Below the pieces are notes generated by a model, which was given only the letters and a program-made list of their open reading frames with translations, had not been told where the DNA came from and searched no databases. A stretch of DNA of 64,000 bases from the human T2T-CHM13v2.0 reference genome, Homo sapiens, in the NCBI RefSeq assembly GCF_009914755.1, contig NC_060926.1; one strand, 5' to 3'. Positions within the stretch are counted from its first letter, which is position 1, and every line of letters begins with the position of its first letter. Positions 52,057-64,000 of this stretch are shown piece by piece. Made by a program: the position numbers and the translations under genes.

Positions 52057-54699
52057 CTGGCATCAAGTGTAAATTTAGAGTCCCTGATATAGAAATCAGT
52101 AAACATATATGTAAATAAATAAGTTAATATGGGAAGGGAGGGGTCTAATTTAGCAACTTTTAAGTGGGCAATCAGCGGGGATGACTTTATGGAGGACCTG
52201 GCAAGATGGGACCTGAAAGGCCCAAGTACTAATAAGCATCTGTGCCCTTGGGTGAAGACGCAAATGCAACGAATATGTGTCTAAGATCATATCAAAAATG
52301 TTCACGTTTTCATCATCTTATTTTCTTCTGACAACAAACATCCTAAGATTGATATACATTCCCCTCCTTATGGGGAAGAAGTGCAGGCTCAAAGATACTA
52401 AATAACATGTTCAAGATCAAACACCTTGTAGGTGCAGGCTTGGAGTTGTGGCCTGGGTCTCCTGATTCCAGGTCCAGTGTTCAAATGACATAACATCAAC
52501 AGCCCTTGGCCTCCTCTTCTGAAAGAGAAGCAGTATGAATTTCAGGTCTCCCCAGGCCCATTGCAAATTCATTTTATGGTTCTAAAATGAGTGCATAAAT
52601 TTGTGGTAAATGCAAGTAGGAAAATGTGCTTCTATCCTGCATGGCAGAGTCCCTGGCACATGCAGAAACTGAGTGCAATTGGCATTAATTCTTATAAGTC
52701 CCTATACTGAAATGAATTAAACATGTGACACTGCTCTCTCCTCCATGCAGGAAAATGTTAGCACAATCCCTTAGAGTACATAAACAAGGATCCCTCAGGT
52801 TTTTAGTGTAATATATAAAACCAGAAATGGCCTTGAACATTCTCAGAAGCCAAAATCCTTTCTCCAAATCCTAAATATTCTTCACAATGTTTTCATCTTC
52901 GATGCTCTTTTCCAGGGACAAATTCCTGTTATCCTATTAGCTAATTAGCATTCAGTGTGTTTCTTAAAGCGCTCAAAGAAACATTCAACTTTCATTCATT
53001 TATGACATCAGATAAAGTCATCAGAAAATGCAATCCATTCTTTCATTGTTCTAAAAGACATGCTAGGCTGCATTTCACTGAGAGAAATAGGTGTAGCAAA
53101 GCCATAACCTGCTAGTAATATCAATGACACCAGAGGGTAAGCTCTTAAATTTTTTCCAGAACTCATCATGCATTGGTGACCAAAGATTTTGAAAATGCGT
53201 TTCAAAGGTAAAAATAGGTCTTCTTCCCTCAAAACCAGGATTTTAGAATTGAAATTCCATCTGTAAATTGGTCCATCCTATCCTAACCCTGCACCTTCCA
53301 CAGGCGATAGGAATGTGGCCCCAACACACAAAGGCATGTGCCCTGATAATTCCTGTCCTAAGTCCTTTCTGCTTGGCCTGCTCTCTTCCTACATTTGCTC
53401 CCATCTGGCCTTGAGTCTGGTTGTCTCTCCTAGCTAAAGGCTGAGGGGCATGTCTTCATAGTTGGTGCCGGTGCCCAGTTTCTGTCTCTAGTGTTACTTG
53501 CTTCTCTCCAGGGACCTTGGCACAAAATCACATCACCACTGGGTCTTGCCTCAGACCAGCCTACTGTCCCAAGGAATCTGATTTCTTGCTCCAAGTCACT
53601 GGTGGGGACTCTTGTCTGGTGACCTGACCACTCTGTTTGCAGACGTTTGTAGTCCTAGCCAAATTGAAGTTCTTAAGGGACTCCCAAGCTCAAAGCTTCT
53701 TAAAACACAGTCTGCCGTTTCTAGTCTATATAATATACTAAACTATAGCACCTCTCATGCCCCAGAGAATATACAATCTAGAAGGAGAGACAGATATGTA
53801 AACATATAAATTTGGTGCCAGTTATAAATACAGTAATAAGAAACACAGGCATAGAAGTTGTAGGAAGAAGGGAATGATCAACTACAGTTAAAGAGCAGAA
53901 CCATCTTTGCTGAAGAAATTAAAATCGACTTAGTCTTTAAGCAATGATTAGGATGTTCCCAGAGAGACGAAGAAGAGAAACTTATTTACCTAATTTCAAG
54001 AAAAAACAGAGTTACAGGGCCAGAATGTGAAACTGGCTGATTGGGCAATTATAAAGCTTCAGGAATTGCTAGACCAGCAAACAAGGTCATCAAAGACTGA
54101 CAGCATCAGCCTGGAGGGCCTCCTGAGCTAGGATCAGAGGTTTCTTATGAAGGCTCTCAGTAGAACTCATATCAAGTATAAAGCCATTACAATGACTTTG
54201 TGAAAATGTTTCCAAGCTGCAGTTTTCAATCAAAAATTTTTTTAAAGCTTCCCTGTTTCTGAGAACTTGCATAAATGGGCAGACAAAAAGTGTAGCCCTG
54301 TTTCACAGGCTAGGTAGGGATGGCAGGCAGAGCTGTGTTAGCTTTTGGCCTCCTCTTTGCTCCCTGGTAACTCCTGGCTGCAGAATCCTACAAAACTGTA
54401 ATTAACAAATGGAATTCCCATTGACTGTGCAGGTTCTTTGTTGAAAGTGTGATAACTCGATGTCTGATATTTAGAGGTTAGAGACTGGCCACTGTCTGTC
54501 TTTTTGACTGTCCTCATATGTGTTGACAGCATTGTCCAAATCTAGTGTCTGGCTCATGGTAAGCCCTAACTATGTGCTTTTTAACATTCACGTGAAAGAT
54601 AAATATCATCACAGGTGCAATGCAATCAATGCAACATATGAATTTCAAAATTATGAGACCACAACAGAGGGAAACTATTTTACTGGAAAATGCATGTTC

Positions 54700-55100
54700 T
54701 TTGGTGTCAGCTACACCTAGATGCAAACTCCAATTCTGCCTCTAACTGGGTGTGGGACTGTGAGAAGTGTGTTCAACCTTTTTAAGTTATCATGTCTTCA
54801 AATGTAAAATTGGAATAGACACCAACATACAGATTTTTACCAATTGAGATAAAATTTAGTAACAAATATAAAGGTCAACATAGTCCAGTGATGCAGAGCA
54901 CAGAGACTTGAGATATATTACCAAGGTTCAAATGCCAGCACTGCCACTTCCTACCTGCACCTCATGTCCTTCATCTTAAAATTGGGATGATGATGGCATC
55001 TACCTTGCAGAGATTGTGTGTGAGGGTACAGTGAGTCAATATGTGTGCATCTCTGTTATAGCTGGGTCATAGTAATTGCTCTGTCAATTGTAGCCATTAA
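54700..55100 (+). mobile_element. MIR fragments (two)
   Basis: Two MIR-like cores: 'caaactccaattctgcctctaact..tgtaaaattgg' and 'ggttcaaatgccagcactgccacttcc'. Confidence 0.6.
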
Positions 55101-56569
55101 TATTGGAAGGTACCTGGAATGTAAGAAATGTCAATAAAATATAGTTGGATGATGATAGAGCTTGAAGAGCTTGAGCAGGTACTTATGGGGCCTGAAGTGT
55201 CCTAGAAGTGTCCTCAAATCTTAGAATTCATAGGTTTGCACAAGACTGAATGGGATAGCCATAGAAGAGTGAAGCTGAACTGAATTCCTGGTCGACTGAC
55301 AAGCAAGAGCAACTGAAACACCAAGTGTGCACTATGGGCAGAAACTGCAGTGAAAAAGCCTGCTATGGAGGCCACATAAAATGATGAGAAGAGCTTTAGG
55401 ATGAGTTTCCTAAAGAGACTCTCTGAGGCAACAGAGACGAAGAGCCCCAGACTGGGGGTACATCTGTTTTAAAATAGAGTATCATCTCAGTAGAAAGATG
55501 ATTTGAATCAACTACCAAATTTCTCACTATGGACATTAGTTACTTTTTAAAAAATATATTATCTTTTACAAATATGGCACTAGTAGTAATTTCATCAATA
55601 CTAAACTAGATAATGTAGATATCAAGTCCTGTAGGCAATAAGAATATTTATTTTTCCTTACCATGTATTCAACTTTACCGGGCTTTGCCATCAGAAAGTG
55701 ATGTTGACAAGACTTCGCTGGTGTTCTTTGTTATAACAATTTACTTCTTTCCTTCAGAGGAGAGTTGGAGGTGTACCACATGAAGCATGAACTCCTCTTC
55801 CCTTCCTAGATTGTCAACCTATGCAATACGGATATATAAATAAAAAGCTGCAGTGAGTCATTTTCCCCAAGGCTTGAAAAATAAGATTGCTTTTATCAGA
55901 AATATATATTCTGTTTGGGAAATTTTTACTCTATATTCTGTGCAGAAGCATGAGAGAACGATCATACAACCAAGCAGCCCTCAACAGGTACTCTACACAT
56001 ACATTTTTATTACTTACTAGATCCACCTCTGGATGGTCCAATGTCAAATGATAGGCTTTATTCCATTCTAATCAGAGAGTAGAGCACATTTTCATAGATC
56101 AATGTACACTGGCATCTTTATTCAAGTAAATCTCTGCCTGCTGTTGGCTGCATCTCTTGCAGAGGATTCTACCTAATATGACAGGTTTCTTAGACTAAGA
56201 ATGAGATACTGTCCCAACACCTTGTTGCATTCCATCACTCTATGGTCCTAGAAAATAGAGGTTAATGAAGCAAATTCTTTTTTTTTTTTTTTTGAGACAG
56301 AGGGAACCACGCTCTTCTCTTTTCAGCACTTCTGTATAACTTCCACATTGTAGTCAGATCTGTGTGATTTTATTTTTTCTCCACTCTATGAAAGCTTGCT
56401 GAAAGACTGATAGTCTAACCAATATTTATCTTTTAAAATTGTTATTCATATAGATGATTATGCATAATCATGACAAGATTGTTAATTTGGTGATAATGAA
56501 AATTATTATTATCCTCTTAAAAAGGAGAAAACTGACACCCAAGAGAAAGAATTTTAGTAGACAAAAGGG

Positions 56570-56864
56570 GACCGGATGCAGTGGCTCACGCCTGTAATCC
56601 CAGCTCTTTGGGAGGCCAAGGAGGGTGGATCATGAGGTCAAGAGCCTGAGACCAGCCTGGCCAAGGTGGTGAAAACCCGTCTCTACTAAAAATACAAAAA
56701 TTAGCCGGGTGCGGTGGCAGGCGCCTGTAATCCCAGCTACTCAGGAGGCTGAGGCAGGAGAATCGCTTAAACCCGGGAGGCGGAGGTTGCAGTGAGCCGA
56801 GATCGCGCTACTGCACTCCAGCATGAACGACAGAGTGAGACCCTGTCTCAGAAAAAAAAAAAAA
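56570..56864 (+). mobile_element. AluS (Sg-like)
   Basis: Full dimer with 'ggatcatgaggtcaagag..gaccagcctggcc'. The poly-A runs directly into MER50. Confidence 0.9.
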
Positions 56865-57677
56865 GATACAGAAGGGAGGAAGGGAAGTGCTGGATACAGG
56901 AGGGCATGGTCCCTGGTTAGGGCTCCACCACCATGGATCTGGGTGAGGACAGGCATTTCCTGACTAAATGTTGCATTTCCCAAGACCACCCTGGCCTGCC
57001 ACTCCCCCATACTGTACCTATAAAAGCCCCCCAAGACTCTAGCAGGCAGACACACAGGTGGCTGGAGCACATCAGCAGAGGAGCACACAGGCAGCTGGAC
57101 GTCAAGAAGAGCACATCAGCGGAGGAATACCTGGGTGACTGGACATGGAGAGGAACACACTGACAGGCACTGACACACTGCCAGGCCACCCACAGGCAAA
57201 GTAGAACAATGCAGAATTTGGCTGGGGAGTTGGAGGACAGCCCTGGCCGGTGAGTGGCCTGACTCCAGGGGAACATCTCCCCATTCCATCCCTTCTGACT
57301 TCCCCTGAGCTACCGCCACTCAATAAAATCTTGCATTCATTCTCCAAGCCCACGTGTGATTCAATTCTTCCAGTACACCAAGGCAAGAACCCAGGATACA
57401 GAAAGCCCTCTGTCCTGCGACAAGGGAGAGGGTCTAAATCGAGCTGGTTAACACAAGCCTATAGACAGCAAAACTAAAAGAGCACCCTGTAACACACACC
57501 CACTGGGGCTTTAGGAGCTGTAAACATTCACCCCTAGACACTGCCGTGGGGTTAGAGCCCCACAACCTGCCTGTCTGTATGCTCCCCTAGAGGTTTGAAT
57601 AGCGCGGCACTGAAGAAGCAAGCCACATTCCCATCGCACAACCCTGCGAGGGGGACAAGGGAACTTTTCCCGTTTCA
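56865..57677 (+). mobile_element. MER50 ERV1 solo LTR
   Basis: 'gggaagtgctgg..tgttgcatttcccaagaccaccctggcctgcc..tataaaa..caataaaatcttgca..gggaacttttcccgtttca'. Confidence 0.85.
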
Positions 57678-57869
57678 AAAGTGCCATGTAATGTAACTAG
57701 TAGACAGATTTTCAGAAAACCCCATGGAATATCACTGGAACTAAGTAGAGTCTCTGGATTGATGTCAGGGGAAAGATTGGAGTCAAGTGGCCCAGGACCC
57801 ACCCCTGGCTCACCCAGGTTCTAACTGAATCCATGGACATTAGAGTCACTGATTAAAGGAGCATTAAAA

Positions 57870-58110
57870 TATGGTAGTGTTTAAGTGTGCTAGCTCAGGT
57901 GTTAGATTGCCTGTGTTCTCACCTTGTACCACTACCTCACCAGGTGGACATAGATTCATTTTCATAACCTCTTTGCCCTCTGTTATTCATGTGTTAAATA
58001 GGGATGGCACTTTTGCTAACGCTGGGGTTCTTGGAAAAATGGAATAAGATAATACATGTAAAATATTTACAGTAATTACTGCACAATCATAAGGTCTCAG
58101 TGATTATCAA
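57870..58110 (+). mobile_element. MIR
   Basis: 'atggtagtgtttaagtgtgctagct...aagataatacatgtaaaa'. Confidence 0.55.
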
Positions 58111-58257
58111 CAGTGTTATTATCTCTATCATCCTCATCATTGTTGATTCCACTGGCACCCAGATTTCCACCTCCTACATTTAGGAAAAACTTAAACTGAC
58201 AAGAGCAGAGACTGTGCCAAGGCCATCTATCACCTTTCTTGAATGGGGACCTTGATT

Positions 58258-58365
58258 TAGGGTGACTAACTGTCCCAGTTTTGAGATTGTACTGGTTTTA
58301 GTACTGAAAGTACTCATCCCATAAAATCCTTGATTCCTGAGAAACTGGGACAGCTGCTTACCCCT
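58258..58365. mobile_element. MER81-like hAT-Blackjack MITE
   Basis: Inverted termini tagggtgactaactgtcccagttt ... aaactgggacagctgcttaccc. Confidence 0.75.
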
Positions 58366-58454
58366 GAGGAACAGCTGAATCTAACAGATTCCAATGCCCC
58401 ATTCAGTCAAAAAAGAGAGACTGAAGAAAGGCAAGCTGCCCTCAGGGAACAAAC

Positions 58455-59283
58455 TGAGAGGTGAAGCCAGCTGGGCTTCTGGGTTGACTGGGGACTTGAA
58501 GAGCTTTTCTGTCTAGCTAGATTATTGTAAACGCACCAATCAGTGTTCTGTGTCTAGTTAAAGGATTGTAAGTGCACCAATCAGCACTCTGTGTCTAGCT
58601 AAAGGATTGCAAATGCACCAATCAGCACTCTGTAAAAACGAACCAATCAGTGCTCTGTGTCTAGCTAAAGGATTGTAAACACATCAATTAGCACACTGTA
58701 AAACCACACCAATCAGCACTCTGTGTCTAGCTAAAGGATTGTAAATGCACCAATCAGCACTCTGTATGTAACTAAAGGATTGTAAACGCACCAATCAGCA
58801 CTCTGTAAAGTGGACCAATCAGCACTCTGTAAAATGGACCAATCAGCGCTCTGTAAAACTGACCAAACAGCAGGATGTGGGTGGAGCCAAATAAGGGAAT
58901 AAAAGCTGGCCACCCTAGCCAGCAGGGGCAACCCACTCAGGTCCCCTTCCACGCTGTGGAAGATTTGTTCTTTTGCTCTTCACAACAAATCTTGCTGCTG
59001 CTCACTTTTCAGGTCTGCACTACCTTTATGAGCTGTAACACTCACAGTGAGGGTCTGCGGCTTCATTCCTGAAGTCAGCGAGACCACGAACCCACCAGAA
59101 GGAAGAAACTCCGGACACATCTGAACATGGGAAAGAACAAACTCCGGACACACCATCTTTAAGAGCTGTAACACTCACCATGAAGGTCTGCGGCTTCATT
59201 CTTGAAGTCAGCAAGACCAAGAACCCACTTTGTTGAAGTCAGCAAGAGCAGGAACCCACTGGAAGGAACCAATTCCAGACACA
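58455..59283 (+). mobile_element. LTR12F-like (ERV9) solo LTR
   Basis: TGAGAGGTGAAGCCAGCTGG start, tandem U3 repeats, U5 repeats 'gctgtaacactcac', end 'aattccagacaca', flanks aaac / aaag. Confidence 0.92.
58520..58905 (+). promoter_or_regulatory. LTR12 U3 array of CCAAT (NF-Y) boxes and AATAAA-type TATA element
   Basis: Nine CCAATCAG copies counted between 58536 and 58846, then a GC-box-like gggtgg and aataaa at ~58898. Activity cannot be shown from sequence. Confidence 0.7.
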
Positions 59284-60960
59284 AAAGCTTTGTTTTTTCC
59301 AACAGGGAGAAAAAGCAAAGTTTGCTGCCTCAAGGGCTGTCCAACCAGTGCTGAGCAATAAGCTTCCTAATACCACCAACTAGGGAAATCCAGGCCAGGG
59401 ATACCATCAGACCCTCAGCACTCAGGCTGCTGCTCCTTGGGAGACAGGAGCGGTTGGAGAAGAGTCAGATCACTTATTTTTAAGGGAGGCCCAGTCTTGA
59501 CTACAGTCATCAAATGGGGACCCACAATTCATACATGCGTCAAGATTTCTTCAACTCATGGCTTTATGTGGTCTATAGATGCCAGTATTAATTGTGGAAT
59601 TGAAAGCATGAGCATATAACTCCAAAGTTACTTCAAGGCAATTTTATAAAACAATTATGAATGTTGTGACCAAAAAGTCATGCCATAAATAAATCAATCC
59701 TATATTCTACATGTTTCTTTGCAAATACCCTATGATCTCCTTGTCTCTTATCTCTTTTTATAAGATAATAGTCATGTTCTGTCCTTTCTTGATACAGGAT
59801 ATAAAATTCTTCCACTTTGCTTATTTGTTATTTCAATTTGTACTTCAAGCTGGGTGTCTTTGGCATGACATTTAAAGTAAACTTCTGTTCTTTCCAACAG
59901 GATGTATAAAATGTTTGCTACAAATTATAGGTTTGGAGGCAGGGTTTTGCTTTCTTCATATGGCTCTATACCTTTTTGCCTTTCTAATGTTGGCTTTCTA
60001 AGTCTCTGGTCAGTTACCTGTTCCCTATACCAGGATGGTTGATAAACCCTTCTCTATTAAGAGAAAAGAGTATATTTCTGACTGGGGTTTGAGCAAAAGG
60101 TGGATTCTCCCTCTTGACAGAGCTGTGAACAAAAAAGCTGCTTCTTTTATGGTATACCCAGTGATAGTAACAATGAGGGGAATTTTGTCTGCATTAGCAT
60201 TCTGTGCCTACTGTCATATGGGATTCATGAGTGTTTCTTTTCTTATCCTATACCTGGGAGGCACCCAGTGTAATGAAAAAACATATTTGAATTTATATGA
60301 ACAGAATGAATTCTAAGTTAAAATATGGTTCCCTCCTCTGAGAAAACTCTAAGGGGATTTAATTCCAGGCCAGTTTGTATATCTGATGCATGTGTTGAAA
60401 GCATGAAAGGTGCTGCCTGCCCCTTTTCCAGCTTCTCATCAAAAAATAAACCCAGTAATGTTGCAGCTTCTCCTTATTCTTAATTTTTAACCCAACAGTT
60501 TTACTTCTATACACACATAAATTTAGAGAGAGAGATTTAAAATATAGTTCTTCTAAGCTTCGAAACTTTGAACAACTGGAGATGCTAGAAAGATAATATT
60601 TTCTTTTATTTAAAAAATCAACTGTTATTGAGATGAGACTTTCATACAATTTTAATTTTTCAATTTTGAACTTTGGTTCCTAAATTCAACAAAAGTTAAG
60701 ACAAGACATAGAAGGACATTGCAGCTGTCAATTTTCTCAATTCATAAAATACCAGTAAGAATGGTATCTGATCTCAAAGAAATAAATACACAAGAAAGAT
60801 GTGAATTACCTTGTCAAAAGAGCCTGAGCAATAGCGACATATATAGATACAGCTTAGCTAAAATAAGGCTTAGCTAAAAGTACCGGGAAAGAGATACAAT
60901 AGGAAGTGTTAGTCATGAAGTAAACCTGGCTTATGGCGCTTTTATGTGAAATTTTATGAC

Positions 60961-61460
60961 TGTGTTAGTTAGGCTTTTTTGGCAATAAGTAACAAACTCA
61001 GCTCACACAAGTTAAAGCATAACTGAAACTTTATTGGCTCAGGTAACTGTGAGGGTTGTCGGGGAAGCTCACAGGAACCAAGATAGTTACAGTTGCCAGG
61101 TCTCAAGTGCTAGAACCAAAATTCAACATGGCCAGGACTCTTTCTTTGATCTGCCCTTATTCATGCTGGACTTTATTTTGCAGAGGAAGTTAGTTCCTCC
61201 AATAAAAATGATGCTTGGGAACATGTTCTAGGTAAGTAGCTCCAATGGAATGAAGTTTTCTATGTCAATGTCTGTCCACTAAAGTCCTGTGGAGAGCTCT
61301 GAATAGGCTCTGTTTGGTTTCGAGATGTCTACTCTGGCATTAGTGTAGCTGGTGGAATGGAAGACTCATTGGCCAAGGTGAGTCATGTGACCAATGAATG
61401 GATAAGGAGAAGAAATTTTGTTGTTAGAACTGTAATGAAGGGAAAACATTCTGGCCATCT
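60961..61460 (-). mobile_element. Old MaLR LTR (MLT1K/L-like)
   Basis: 'tttattggctcaggtaactg...cattggccaaggtgagtcatgtgacca'. Confidence 0.6.
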
Positions 61461-61688
61461 AAAAATGATAAATGCTTAAGTGTTTTGCTTTAACTTTGGA
61501 CAAGATAAGCTTGTATGAGTCTCAGTTTCCTTGTCTGTAAATTAGTTATAAAATTTGCCAACTAAGTGTACCAGAAAAATTAAAAGTAACGTGTAAAAAT
61601 TCCTAGTAAATTGCAGAATTTAATAATTCCTAATACAATTGCAGTAGTTACAGACTTCAATAAATGTGAGTTCCAACCACTATCTGTA

Positions 61689-62056
61689 TGTCTTAGTCTA
61701 CTTGGGCTGCAATAACAAAATGCCATAAAATGCATGTTTTAACAACTAAAATTTATTTCTCACATTTTTGCTGTCTGGGAAGTCCAAGATCAAGGCACTA
61801 GCAAATTTAGTGTCTTGTGAGCACCTGCTTCCTGATTCTATGGACAGCCATCTTTTACTGTCTTCTCACATGCTGGAGAGGGCAAGAGGTCTCTCTTGGT
61901 CCTTTTATTTTATAAGGGCACTAATCTCATTCATGAGTATTCTGCCCCCCACAACCTAATTATCTCCCAAAGTTCCCACTTCCTAATTCCATTACCTTGT
62001 AGGTTAGGATTTCAACATATAAATTTTGAAGGGATTCAAACATTCAAACCATAGCA
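61689..62056 (-). mobile_element. MLT1A-like MaLR solo LTR
   Basis: 'tgtcttagtctacttgggctgc..gggaagtccaagatcaagg..aacattcaaaccatagca'. TSD ctgta / ctgtg. Confidence 0.9.
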
Positions 62057-62400
62057 CTGTGGTAACAAGTTAACTGCCCAAATTTTTGTAGTTTAACAAA
62101 ATCAAAGTTACTTCTTGCTCTCTAAAGGTGTAACTATTGACAGGTAACTCTCTTTCAGTGACAGAGACGACTTAATCTTACTGTTCCAGTATCCTAATCT
62201 TGGAGCCATTTATACCCAAGTGGTGGAAGGAAAAATTGATAGTAAAAAAAAAGCACACCTGCTCCCTATAACTCCGTGGTAAGAAGTGACTTGATTACAC
62301 CTAAAGGCCAGGAAGCATGGCAAGTGTAGGTTCTCGCAGGTCAGCTACCTCTCAGTGACTAATTCATTTTATGAGTAAAAGAGAAACAATTTTGATGAAC
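62057..62400 (-). mobile_element. MLT1J-like LTR remnant (host of the MLT1A)
   Basis: 'ctgtggtaacaagttaactgcccaaatt..aaagttacttcttgctc..ggaagcatggcaagtgtagg'. Confidence 0.5.
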
Positions 62401-62881
62401 GATGAGGGTTTTTTGTTTGTTTTTTGTTTTGTTTTGTTTTGTTTTCTACAGCCAATACTGCAGCACTTGGATCAAATGATCCTCAGGTTTTTTCTTTATG
62501 TGTGTAGCATTGAGCCAGAAGGACCAATGGCTAAATTGGTCCTTCTGGGAACTCAAAGTTAAAACTACTTAGGCTATTTACAAATACATCAGGATTCTTT
62601 GGATCTCAAGCTCTGTTTTGAAGTTATATGACCTCCATGGTACATGTTCTCCATGAGAAATAAAGGTCAGGGCAAGAGGTGCTTCATCTACCACCCTCTC
62701 AAGATACTCAAGACTGATCATAGTAAATGGATCAACCAACTTAAAGGAGGGATAAATACCATAAAATGTTCCCACTGGAAACAAGGGTTTTGATTAAAAT
62801 AAGAAAGATGATTTACTGAATTTGCCCTAAAAGAAATAAATAGAGAAATAAAAGAAAAAGAAAGAAAATAAAGCTCAGACA

Positions 62882-63350
62882 TGAGGAATTAAAAAAAACT
62901 TTTATCTGAGGAATATGAGTCCTTTTAAATTATTAGGCCCAGAGAGATGTCAAATGAGATTGCAGCAGGTCATGTCCCACTTCCCCCCTTGAGCTGTGTG
63001 TTCATTTCTTAAACCTGCTATTGACACAAATAGCAACACATTAACCTCATAATATTGCTCTGGACACTATAACCAACACCCTATAGCTTGACAATGTGTA
63101 GCCAATCACTATCAATGCTGTTTCCCTAAATCAATGAGAAACCCTGACAAACAACTTTGTATCAGCTCGCTCCCTCTTCCTCTTTTTTTTTTTTTTTTGT
63201 CTTTAAAAATCTACTTGTGACTGCTGCTAATTGAAGGGTATATTCAGGGCAACTTGAGTCTATGCTCCCAGGTTGCAATCCACAAGTTTAGTGCAAATAA
63301 ACTCTCTACTTTTGTTAACTTTGCCTCAGCATCTTCTTTTTTGGTCAACA
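62882..63350 (+). mobile_element. LTR54-like (MER4-group ERV1) solo LTR
   Basis: TG...CA ends with perfect 4-bp TSD GACA, 'ttttatctgaggaatatgagtccttttaaatta', and AATAAA at ~63296. Confidence 0.82.
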
Positions 63351-63819
63351 GACACAAGTTTAAAATAAAATTCCTGTGACTCAAGAAACCAAGAAAGCCA
63401 GTTTTCATTCAAAAGTATCTGCTAACATTGACTTCCATCAGCTTCTCTTTTTAACATATAAATGAGAAGAAAGAAATAAATCCTACAGCCTTCCCAGGGT
63501 AAGGAGTTCGATAGAAGAGTGCATACAACTGAGACTCACGAAAACTTCGATCATAAGTGACAGGTGAAAAATAAATAACCCCCTCATGCAGAAGAAGACA
63601 GCAAAAAACATGAGATTCTTAAACTTTTCTCTAAAGGGAGAGGTAAAAAATCTCAGAAATTCACAATTAAACTTTCACATATTTTCAGGCCTGAATACAT
63701 GTCACTTGAATACAAACTTTTTATTGACAAAGATTATTCAACTGGGTAAGAAATCAGAGATAAAGAACACATTTAAGCTAGATATAAAACATTTATTTTG
63801 CAACATGTTGTGTTGTAGA

Positions 63820-63965
63820 TATGAATGGTAAATTGGGATGGAGTTTTCCAACAGGCAATTAGATATTTGTGTTTATAACTTAAACAGGTTTGAAGTGTAG
63901 CTATCCATCAGTGGGGTATAACATCTAAGGCCATTCGAAGCCATGAAAAGTAGATGAAGAATTCG
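63820..63965 (-). mobile_element. L2 fragment
   Basis: 'ccaacaggcaattagatat..gaagccatgaaaagtagatgaaga'. Confidence 0.45.
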
Positions 63966-64000
63966 CTTTCAAAAATTGGTACACTAATTCTGATAGACTC

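Noticed and set aside
58520-58870. Regularly spaced CACCAATCAGCACTCTG repeats that look like a CRISPR array
   Set aside because: The intervening sequences are themselves repeated. This is the known U3 tandem array of LTR12.

Overview
This is primate, almost certainly human, genomic DNA. It is AT-rich, CpG-depleted and dominated by interspersed repeats. I recognise no host protein-coding exon, tRNA, rRNA or CRISPR array, and I found no new biological system. Every ORF in the track with a recognisable motif comes from a transposable element (L1 ORF1/ORF2, Tigger transposase, Alu or LTR); the rest look like chance frames. The first 24 kb hold two nested stacks: Tigger1 > full-length L1PB > AluY, and MIR > L1MD > MLT1D and Tigger2 > AluS. 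The last 24 kb hold six ERV1-class solo LTRs (LTR7C, MER57B, LTR27, MER50, LTR12F, LTR54), all on the + strand. The signals least explained by repeats are a ~240 bp non-tandem local duplication (39540-39785 and 41289-41528), a perfect 13-bp hairpin at 33654-33686, a possible very old RT remnant near 25 kb, and a few candidate non-coding exons and enhancers. Repeat subfamily names come from my recall of consensus sequences and need RepeatMasker/Dfam confirmation. Boundaries without a stated TSD are approximate.
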